Origin: Tubulanus polymorphus
Taxonomy: Eukaryota; Animalia; Nemertea
NCBI RefSeq assembly: GCF_964204645.1
Contig: NC_134034.1
Coordinates: 11,606,962 to 11,670,961 of the forward strand
Reading direction: 5' to 3'
Length of the DNA stretch: 64,000 nucleotides
Positions 11,301 to 20,910 of this stretch are shown here, one piece after another. The translations under genes and the position numbers were made by a program. How positions within the stretch are numbered: position 1 is the first letter of the stretch; each line of letters opens with the position of its first letter. The notes under the pieces were generated by a model that was given only the letters and a program-made list of their open reading frames with translations, searched no databases and was not told the origin of the DNA.

Positions 11301-14300
11301 CAACTATCCACCATGGTTAACTCTAACCAACATTTCAGCAAATGCGCAGCAACAGCATGGTTTATTACTAACATTCATTACTGTTTCTGCTAGGATTAAA
11401 TTCTGATAAAACTATCGACTGAAAAATCATCATTGTGCATTTGTTTATCATCACTGAGTTTGAAGCAGTAGTTTATGTGTCTCAGACCGGCAGACGACAG
11501 TACGTACCTAGCACCATATTTAACGTGGCTGTGATGACGTTATTTATACCTTGGACGGACGTTACGATGTTGTTCGTTATACCTGCAAAACGAGTTAACA
11601 ATCAAACGCTTCTTAATTTCGGGTAAATTTCGACAACAAAAACTCGAGCAAAATCTCTAATAGAGTCACAACCAAGACAGTTCCACAGTTAAGAATTACG
11701 TAGATTTCGGGTTAAATTTACTAAACTAATAATGCTTTAAACATGAGTCAATTTTTAACATCAAACTATGGATGGAAAAAGGCTGCTGAGATTGACCCCT
11801 CCCGCTCCCTATCTCTCTTGTACATACCACAGGGAATAATAGCTATCGGTATCTGATTTGAGACAGGTTTAAATCCTGGTTTGATTTCGACGTGGTTTTC
11901 CGATTGAGTTTTATTGAGTACGGCGTTGATAAGCTTCTTAGCGCTTCCATCTCCGCCCATCACTGCCAAACTGTTAAACAAAAAAACAAAACCGGGTCGT
12001 ATGATCGAGATCATAAACTGTGGCAATCAAGGATTCAACGTATGGCAGGCGAGGATCCGAGTTTCGGTGATAATAAATGGATTCAGGAGTCTAAAAATCG
12101 AGTTCAAATATAATGGGATACCGGCGAGGCTACGGACGGAAGCGAGGATTCAGCGATAATCTGTCAGGATCGCTAGTTGCAATGGGTTACCGCGCTTCAA
12201 TTTCTTCTACATTTCAATAAACTTCGAGTCAAATTTTCTGATTAGTAAATCAATTTTCAGTGAAATCAGTGAGAGAGAATGGAAATCGTATATCAATTCG
12301 ATGACTCGTTTGATAATTTCCGGATTTGGAAGCTCAAAAATAATGTTCAAATTTCATTGAAAGTGAACTGATTTTCACCACGAGTAAGCAAGTGTTTTGT
12401 TGCGCCATCTGGTGTTGCCGGTATCTCATTGAAAATGAACTTATTCTAATTTTGACGATGAACAACCTGCTGCTCGTCACGCCATCTGGCGGGATAGCTG
12501 GTTTAAAACCTACCAATCATATTCGTCGAAATCAGTATGAAGAACCTTCTGTTTGATAGCCTCGTTGTGGTAAACTTCGACGTAATCGACCTCGACGCCG
12601 GCGAGATTTAAAATCGGACCGACGAACTTCGTGTAGAGAGACGCGGCCTCTTTATTCCCGGCGTGAGGCTGCAGAAATAGTTTTATCTTCTTCGGTCGGT
12701 TTTTGAGACCTACGAAACAAACAGACAGACAGTCGATTAGTAGAATATACCCCGACACGGAGGGGGGAATAGACTCACTTAGTAGAAGAACTGGCACGTA
12801 CTCTTGACATGGAGAACAGATAGATAATAGCCTAAAGGTTAGGAGCACACAAGGGTATTTATTCGTAAGTCAACTTGAGCTTAGCTTAAGTTTCAGGGGC
12901 GAATCTAGACCCTTGCGCCCCCCCTATTTTTTGCCGACCAAAGAATATTTTGAGGCCACTATAAAGAAAACTAGTTTATGATTGCTATGGTAGCCGCAAA
13001 TCTAAATTGCGTTACCGAGGATCGACCCAATTATTTTCATTCTTTCTTTCTATATTTCCAAAATTTTATTGACAATATTAAGCGATATATGTGTTGTTTG
13101 CCAAGGCGTCAACAAACTTATGAAGTCAGTTTTCTAACATACCTTCGATGTAAGAATGAATCCTCGAGATGAATTTCAAACACAGGTCGGTGCTCGGATG
13201 TTGGAAGAACCAGATTTTCGTGTGAAGTTTGTTGTTTTTCGCGCGGTATGTGTAAATCTCGAATCCCTGACACGCGCCCTCGGCCGTCGGGTCGCTGCGA
13301 GTGGCGCCTCCTACTTGATGGCGTTGCTGCGGCGATTTCAAACGTCTGATCCGCGCGCAGTAAACTCCGTGAAGCTCGATTACGAATTTAAACTCATTTT
13401 TAGACTTCTTAACTGAAAGTAAAAAAATTAAAAATTTACAGTATAAATTTTCATGAAATCAAGCATCTTAGATTATATTCATATTAAGGGTCCACGATAA
13501 AAAATTATTTCAAAAATAATTTTTCCAAATTTTTCTTGTGAGCTATAAGCCTCTTTGTTATTATATAGGCCCCTTATCTTAGTTCATTCCTTGTTTAAGC
13601 TAACCCGAAATAATTTCAACATACATTCAGTATTTTTTTTTGAAAAAAAAAAAAACATTTCACACGGAAAGATTTAAAACAGGAGTTTGAATTGTTGTCC
13701 TCATTGAAAATTCTAAGTAGCCAATGATAATTAATGTTGGGTAAAATGGTGCATAGAGTGTATACATCTAGGTATTGGCCTTTATTCTGTTAAGCTGCCT
13801 CCACGCCTGAATGACCTAAATGCGTGATTTGAGTTCAGAAATAAATTTGGATATAGATTTATTATATGTTTATTCCTGTAGTATCGAGGAAAATTAAAAC
13901 AAAATTTTGATTCATCTTTTATGATGGAACTGGACCCAGATATTCCTCAAACGTTTCTCAAAACTGGTGAAAAAATGTATCTTCTTGATCCTGGTTCAAA
14001 AGAAACCATATTTTTTGAAAAATAATGTTTTTGATCTACAATTAAAAATTGTGAAAAAGACAAGTTTGTTGGTTCATTCCGGTTCGGTATAAATATCTCT
14101 TAAATATCTCGATTTTAGATTCGAGCTACTAGAAAATAGACACAGATCAATGTCCTATTAATGATATTGCACTGAAGCTCTCGAAGCAATGTCGCAATGT
14201 CGCTAACGAATCCTATACACTCAATCAATTATCAATGTCGACATTGTTGTCGAGTGTCCTCCGAATCGCGGCAGCCCGCCGGCTGCGTGGCACGATTCTC

Positions 14301-17173
14301 ACCGCTAACTCTACCGTTTGTTTATTCGTAACCACGACAACAACATCCTTTCACTTATTCAATAACTTAATAATGTAGGAAAAATCAGGGCGTTTATTAA
14401 CAGTCAATATCGTAGTCAGTTCAGGATATCAGGTGATGGTGATTTTTTTGATGGGAGCTGATAATAGAATGTACTCCTCAGAAATAGACTGTAGTTTGAC
14501 TATTTGTACATGTCAGAATATTCAATACACTTGTACTATCAATTTGAGACTCATTTGCACAGTTCAGAAGTCAGTTCCACAGTTCAGAAGTCAGTTCCAC
14601 AGTTCAGAACCCAGTTCCACAGCTCAGAACTCAGTTCCACAGTTCTGAACCCAGTTCCACAGTTCTGAACTCAGTTCCACAGTTCAGAACCCAGTTCCAC
14701 AGTTCTGAACCCAGTTCCACAGCTCAGGACTCAGTTCCACAGTTCAGGACTCAATTCCACAGTTCAGGACTCAGTTCCGCAGTTAAGGGACCCAGTTCAA
14801 CAGTTAAGGACCCAGTTCCACAGTTCAGGACCCAGTTCCACAGTTCAGGACACAGTTCCACAGTACAAATTCCAGTTCCGCAGTACAGGATCCAGGTCCA
14901 CAGTTGACTATGGTGTTAATACACTCAATTTAAATTTATAAGTTCTATAGTTAAATTCGTGCTGAGAACTGTGAAAGCATCCTCCATTTTCACATTCATT
15001 CTCAAATATTGATCAACTATTGTATATATCTATATTTATATTCCACATTCTACCAGTTTTTGGATCTAACACTAATTGGTGTAAAGTGTAACGAAAAAAA
15101 GAAAACTTGCGGTGAAAGAAACTATTTGATAAAATGATATTTCAAGAAGTGATTTCAAGAACCAATTGAATGTGATTATAAGGAACCATTCAAAAAGCGT
15201 CACGGTTCGCGAATGCTTTAAAAATCGAATTGCTAAGACATCCAATTATTTGATACATCCATTTTGAGGTGTTTTAGCAATATTTTTCTAAGTCTCATGA
15301 CATAGTTCGTTTAAACAGAGAAATCTAGTAATTCATGAATGGAACCTGTTATAGATCTTTAGAAAAGTATTTTCCGTGTATTAGGAGCACGATATAGCCT
15401 GACCTAGTAGAATTCAAATACATCATGTATTTTCAAGGTTTTACATCTAGGAATTATGTAATCTATAAAACGAATCAGTCATAAAGCTTCGAAAAAAGCA
15501 CTCATTCCTAGTACAGCCTACTTTATGCCCTATACAAACTACTGTCTGTCACACATGCTCTTCGTGCGACGTTTTGGTCCGTAATTTCGTTAATAATCGG
15601 TTGATCTGTAAATATTATGCATCAATTTGTTCAGTAAGGAATTTGCATTCAGAAATAAATCATGAACTGGCAGAAATTTGTTTGTGTTTTCTTCTATCAG
15701 CGATAGTTTACCTAGCATACGCTCGCGTAATGCTGAAAAACGGCTTTTATGGCCCGTCATGAGGCGCCACCTACTGTATTTTAATGAGCAGGTGATGACG
15801 TCACTGTAACGTTTCCGAGCGTCCGCGGAGTGGATTTTTCAGCATTACGCGAGCGTATGCTGAGTAAACTATCGCTCATAAATGAAAACAAAAACAACTT
15901 AAGTGAAAATTGTTGTTTATTTCTGAATGCAAATTCCTCACTGAACAAATTGATGCATAATAAAGGTAGATAAACCGATTATTAACGAAATTACGGACCA
16001 AAACGTCGCACGGAGAGTCGGTGTGACAGACAGTAGTCGCATTGGAATATTTGCTAATATATTTGGCTTGTCAATAGAATACTTTAATGATTAACCTGCT
16101 ATAAATATTTAATGCTCTGTTCACCGCTACAGATAATTGTGTCAATGCAGCAATAACGATCTTAAACTTATAGTATCAATACGTCATATGGTCGGTCGGT
16201 CAACCTCGGAAAAATCTCGTCTCAACCTTGAAATGTTCATTTTCAGATAGATAACTAATAAACCGATGATTTTCGACCCGATATGAAACGGTTATTTTAA
16301 CCCTTTCAGCGAGTCTACACCGCACTTCTGTAGAGAATTAACTTCTTCGTGGAAATAAAAGTCAGAATGAAAGATTAGGCGACCTGCGATCACTAACTAG
16401 GTAGTAGTAAAGATAAAATGATTTAAGACTAGCCGATTCATGTCGAGGATTAAAACATTTGAAGGACACACAAAAATATATTCTAATCGGCAATTTAGAT
16501 TCTAGTTTTTTCAAAATGATTAAAATGTTAAGGTAGCCCTATATGACATTTTCAAAACTTATAATCTCATGCATTAGGTGAGGTAGATAGATCAGACTTT
16601 AGTCTTTCTAAGACGTTCTTTGACTAATTTCATGTATAGATTCTGTATAGAGATATATAGAAAGTCGATACCTGGTATATTGTCTCCGGCGTCTGTCCAT
16701 GATAACTGAGACTCTTCTAAAACCAAGTCGATGGCTTGACCCTTGAAATTAAACAAACCGGTCAATAGAGAATTACTGCCGCTGTTACTCTGCAGACCTA
16801 AACTCGACCGACTACTGGCGAGTGATTCCGAACCGGGAGAGTTTGTACCCGCGCTATCCCGCCCTCCTCCGCCGCCGCGGACCACTACTGCCCGAACCCC
16901 GCCGCGCCCGCCGGGCGAGATGGGGTCGATCCGATCGCTGCGATCCGCTATCCGACCTGCGGGTGAGGCCGAATCATCTCGCCAACCTCTAGGCGTCGGG
17001 TCTCGGTGACTCCGACCCCCGGGACTCTGTTCCTCGGAGCAACCCGTATCCTTCCAGCCTTCTTTCACGGTAATCCGATTTTTCCGGTGATTTTTTCGCA
17101 TTTGCGGAACGGGTTCGACTCCGCTTATATCATAAACTACGTCACATTCATCGAATTCGTCGGATGAATCCAT
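5348..17173 (-). CDS. CERKL: Ceramide kinase-like protein (CERKL-type; PH-like plus DAGK/sphingosine-kinase domain), 13 coding exons, ~830 aa
   Basis: Exons in transcript order: 16672-17173, 13143-13412, 12514-12709, 11828-11970, 11508-11582, 10856-11036, 9582-9665, 8537-8652, 8099-8319, 7428-7568, 6944-7102, 5806-6113, 5348-5444. All introns are GT-AG with consistent phases, total 2493 nt. Motifs: RPKKIKLFLQPHAG, VMGGDGSA, IAIIPCG, APRGFSKYAHLADGYMDLI, FEYPFVEVHRVKEVKF, WCVDNE. GGDGSA matches CERKL rather than CERK (GGDGMF). Confidence 0.85.
6148..6370. mobile_element. MITE with AGGCTAAA..TGATACCTTGTTTCTCCGC TIRs (Kolobok-like, tentative)
   Basis: ~35-bp inverted termini in a TTAA/TAA context. 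Partial copies at ~19455-19535, ~20665-20780 and ~58648-58730. Confidence 0.65.
6437..6610. mobile_element. Degenerate palindromic PLE-like remnant with hammerhead-like motif on the minus strand
   Basis: Arms GAAACCCACAATATCAAT..ACTGTT and AACAGT..ATTGATATTATGGGTTTC are inverted. Minus 6481-6520 reads CUGAGUA..GGUGG-CAGGAUU-CCAUC-CGAAAC-GUA. A deleted sense copy (CTGAAGATTCCACCTGAAAC) is at ~6561-6580. Confidence 0.5.
7843..7904 (-). mobile_element. Degenerate PLE-type hammerhead remnant plus hairpin centre
   Basis: Minus strand reads ACAC-CUGACGA-UGAUU..AGUC-CGAAAC-AUU-GUGU, next to the hairpin TGTGAATTG-AA-CAATTCACA. Confidence 0.5.
7934..8071. mobile_element. MITE family A (Harbinger-like, CWG TSD)
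   Basis: GGGCCRGTT termini with CTG TSD. Copies at 9412-9549, 9882-10019 and 58461-58598; degenerate copies at ~33635-33730, ~44128-44238 and ~56312-56428. Confidence 0.8.
8765..9330. repeat. ~49-bp tandem repeat derived from the MITE A interior
   Basis: Unit TAAGACCAGTCTAAGCTCATTTTAGTTCTATAGCCAATCTAACAACT, about 11 copies. Confidence 0.9.
9412..9549. mobile_element. MITE family A copy
   Basis: TIRs GGGCCGGTTGCATAGTCATGACTTA / TAAGTCACGACTGTGCAACTGGCCC, with CAG TSD on both sides. Confidence 0.85.
9750..10019. mobile_element. Abutting MITE B (9750-9878) and MITE A (9882-10019) sharing a CAG
   Basis: Layout is CAG-[B]-CAG-[A]-CAG. A second MITE B is at 23974-24102 with CTG TSDs. Confidence 0.8.
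10030..10555. mobile_element. ~520-bp foldback (whole-length imperfect palindrome), family F
   Basis: Starts ACTAATGTCTATTTCAACCTGACTTGAGAGCATTCCGGGTGGCCTAGCTC and ends with its reverse complement. Copies at 36067-36695 and, partial, ~32974-33262. Confidence 0.85.
14560..14905. repeat. 20-bp tandem repeat (CAGTTCCACAGTTCAGAACC)
   Basis: About 17 copies. The reverse-complement array is at 23101-23400. Confidence 0.9.
15538..16037. mobile_element. ~500-bp foldback element, family H
   Basis: ACTACTGTCTGTCACAC...GTGTGACAGACAGTAGT, with inverted arms of about 200 bp. Confidence 0.85.
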
Positions 17174-17267
17174 ATTTACAGATTTTAGCGACTCCCAGTC
17201 GACTGTATAGTCCCGGTATTTCACAGTTTTCGCCACCGAGTGTCACAAACGTCAAAAGTTGTTTACA

Positions 17268-17312
17268 GCCGCCATTTTAGTTGTTAAGTCTGACGAGTGG
17301 GTTCGAATCCCG
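17268..17312. promoter_or_regulatory. CERKL/RFC5 divergent promoter region with YY1-like GCCGCCATTTT and B-box-like GGTTCGAATCC
   Basis: The head-to-head start codons are 640 bp apart. Motifs at 17268-17278 and 17300-17310. Confidence 0.45.
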
Positions 17313-17813
17313 TAAGAAGATTTTATTTTTTAAATTTTTTATCATCTTATATTTAGGTTCGCAGATAGCCATCATTGATATCAAACATCACGAAAATTGT
17401 CTCTTTTCTATCGAATTACCACAAATTAAAATCATGATATTCTCGACTCCGAAATGAAGAACACGAGAAAGATTGTTTCGCAGTCGGCGTAATAATTACC
17501 TAGTGCCGCCTTGCCGCGAAATTCATGAAGATTTGAAGCGAATTTGATGAATTAAAGTGCAGATTTAGAGGCAGGTATTGTTTTTGATTGTCATAAGTTT
17601 AAATGATTTGTTTTTCAATAAAGTGAATCTCCGGTAAAGATATTTAGACTTTGAATTGAGGTTCTTTTTCAAGATTTTTCTGGGCCTGTTCAGTGTTCGA
17701 TTCGAATCGGAATCGATTGAAAATCTGGATGAAAATGAAATTTGTTTCTATCTGTGTGTTACAGATCTGAAAGTGACTTGTTCGAGAACGCACCAGCAGC
17801 AGAAATCTGAAAA

Positions 17814-18845
17814 ATGTCTTCGACAACCGAAACCGGGACGACGTCGACTTCGGACGAGAAAAAAACGACGAATCTTCCGTGGGTCGAAAAATACCGTCCG
17901 AAATCTCTGAACGATTTAATCTCTCATAAAGACATCATAAACACCGTGAACAAATTCATCAAAGAGGACTGTCTGCCGCACCTGCTGCTTTACGGACCTC
18001 CGGGTACGGGTAAAACGAGTACGATACTTGCGGTCGCGCGTCAGCTGTATTCGCCGGCCTCGTTCAACTCGATGGTCTTAGAATTAAACGCGTCGGACGA
18101 CCGCGGAATTGGGATCGTACGCGGACCCGTGTTGTCGTTCGCGAGCACGCGTACGATCTTCAGCGGCGGATTCAAACTGGTGATTCTCGACGAGGCCGAC
18201 GCGATGACCCGCGACGCGCAGAACGCCCTACGACGAATCATCGAGAAATTCACCGAGAACACGCGATTCTGTCTGATCTGCAACTACCTGTCGAAGATCA
18301 TCCCGGCGATTCAATCGCGGTGCACGCGATTCCGATTCGGTCCGCTGTCGCCCGAGCAGATGATTCCACGAATCGAGCACGTCGTGGCGAGCGAACGAAT
18401 CGACGTGAATCGCGACGGTATGAACGCGTTGGTGACGCTGGCGAGCGGCGATATGCGACGAGCGTTGAACGTGTTGCAGTGTACGGCGATGGCGTACGAC
18501 GGCGTCGTCGACGAGAATAACGTCTACTCGTGCGTCGGGCACCCGTTACGACGAGACATCGAATCCATTCTCAACTGGATGCTCAACGAGGATTTCTCGA
18601 CGGCGTATCGCCGGATCGACGCGTTAAAAACGTCGAAGGGTCTCGCGTTGCAGGATATCATCACCGAGGTTCACGTTTACGCGCATAAAATCGATTTTCC
18701 CGTTCACATACGCGTGCATCTGTTAAACAAGATGGCCGACATCGAGTATAATTTGACGTTCGGTACTAGCGAGAAGATTCAGTTGAGCGCGTTTATTGCA
18801 GCGTTTCAGGGCGTCAAGGAACTCGTCATCAAAGAAGCCTCTTAG
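17814..18845 (+). CDS. RFC5: Replication factor C subunit 5 (clamp-loader AAA+), intronless CDS, 343 aa
   Basis: NLPWVEKYRPKSLNDLISH, Walker A GPPGTGKT, LELNASDDRGI, Walker B ILDEADAMT, SRC motif IQSRCTRFRF. AATAAA at 18947-18952. Possible 5'UTR intron at 17575-17764. Confidence 0.96.
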   Translation: MSSTTETGTTSTSDEKKTTNLPWVEKYRPKSLNDLISHKDIINTVNKFIKEDCLPHLLLYGPPGTGKTSTILAVARQLYSPASFNSMVLELNASDDRGIGIVRGPVLSFASTRTIFSGGFKLVILDEADAMTRDAQNALRRIIEKFTENTRFCLICNYLSKIIPAIQSRCTRFRFGPLSPEQMIPRIEHVVASERIDVNRDGMNALVTLASGDMRRALNVLQCTAMAYDGVVDENNVYSCVGHPLRRDIESILNWMLNEDFSTAYRRIDALKTSKGLALQDIITEVHVYAHKIDFPVHIRVHLLNKMADIEYNLTFGTSEKIQLSAFIAAFQGVKELVIKEAS

Positions 18846-20910
18846 GTCCAGCATTATCATTCACTTTCTTTATTCTCATGTATTGAATGTTTGTAAATCT
18901 ATCCAATAGTTTTCAAGTTTTTGTAAAATATTCATAAATTGTGCTCAATAAAAACAACCTTTAACAAATTCATTGAATATTATTTTCTATTCTCAGGATT
19001 TTTGGAGCTTTAGCAAAGTCCTTTCTTCCATTGGTATGAAATTACTTCCGAACGAAGCTTAGTTTCTCTTCGGAACTTTCAAAACATTCAATGCAGTAAT
19101 AATATCTCTAACCCTATTGAATTTCATCGGAGTCCGTTGCTCTTATTTATCAATTTAGTTATTTGTCGACGGAACTACATTTCGTTTCGGAAGAATATAT
19201 GCCCTTTTACGTATATTCACGCACGTGCGCGCCACAAGACTCGTTGCAATGTGATCTGTGAGTGTATTCGAAAACGTTTGGCCTAGTGAAAGTTTTCCAG
19301 GAAACCGCAACTGTTTCAACTGCCAGAGTTTGTAAATGATTCACGGGCCGGCTGTGAAAAGCAGAGTGAATTCTATAGAAGGGCAGCGAAATTGGGGGTG
19401 TTAGTTTAGTTAAGAAATCTGTTAATCCAGTGTGGATTAACAGATTGTGCAGGGGTATATAGACAGACGGCTGGCCGGGTCAACTTTTTAAGCTCAGCAG
19501 AGATGAAATACAAGGTATAAATTTCTTTTAGCCTAATGCATGAAGTCTTAGAGAGCTGTGGGCTGAGTGCTTCCTTACAGCCAGCGACATCAACCTGTCC
19601 AGGGTTATACAGCAATATAGGCCTTGTCAATGACTTTTTGTGGAAACTTGCCTTTTCCGAACAAAGAACTGAGAAGAGTCCAGTGGAATAAGGGAGAGGA
19701 ATCTGAAGAGGCTGTTCATCGGAGTGGGAATCAGACTGGAGGAGAGGGCCGTGTTCCTTTCAGTGCACTGAGAGACCAATTCAATATTAAATACATAAAC
19801 AATAGTTTTTTCTTATTCGATTTATGATATTTTAATGATAAACAAAAAAAGAAAAAATTTACACATAAATATGAACTATGATATCGTATATAAATAAATA
19901 TATAATCATTTGTAGAATTTACGATCAAATTTTCCAGATTATCAATGTCATAAACATGATATAGCAAAAAAGTCATAAAGACGATCTATTTTTACTGAGA
20001 GTGCTGCTGCTTTCAAACTTGATTCAATTACAAACATTGTCATAATTCATACTAATTATTTGTATATAGTGCGTGTAGGCAGACAAAAGATAAATAAAAA
20101 CAATTCATACATCAAATGAACAGATCAGAAAAAGTCAAAAGATCTGAAATTCTTGTCCATTCATTTTCGTCTGACAAGATTTTTTGTGGATATTTCTCTT
20201 AATCTTTCTCACACATACCTCAATTTGTTCTCGATATCCCGAAAAGATTGATGTCAGATGAAAATAAATAGACATTCGTAATATAGTCATGTCCTGAGTT
20301 GATGGATGATTTGTGTCATGTAAAAATCAATTGAATGAATTCTATCACAGAATCTTATATATATATTACTGGAGCTTTATCTTAAATGGACGGAACCTTT
20401 TCTATCAGTTAGATCTAGTTATTCAGACAATATTTACGGATACCCCGTACCTATTTTCAAATATCTCTAACTGAAAATTTTCTTACTCTGATTACTTCGA
20501 GACCCATCAACTTGCACACTCCCCCTATGACATCATCAAACTACGCTGAAATGAAATGATACCTAGTTTCTCCTAAACTGGCCGCGCCATTTTGTAATCA
20601 GCTGATTTCTATATCTGCTGGGTCTGTTATTGTCAGCTTGATCATGATTTAAAAAAAATCAATATACAGGATAGATAGACGGCCGGCCGAGTCAACTTTT
20701 AAGCTCAGCAGAAATGAAAAACAAGTTATCAATTTTCAACTTTTTAGCTCAGCAGAAACTAGGTATCGAGCTTCATAGCCTTACGGGATATTTTGTCCTA
20801 ATCAAGCTCTAACCCCCACAAAAAGATGGCCGCCTCAGATAACCGAGTGATTTGAATTGAATTACGAGTGATTATTTCGAGGAAGCAGTTATCTCTCTTC
20901 GGAACGAACC

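Noticed and set aside
17260-17320. tRNA gene (GGTTCGAATCCC T-arm)
   Set aside because: No acceptor, D or anticodon stems and no A-box could be built; kept only as a lone B-box.
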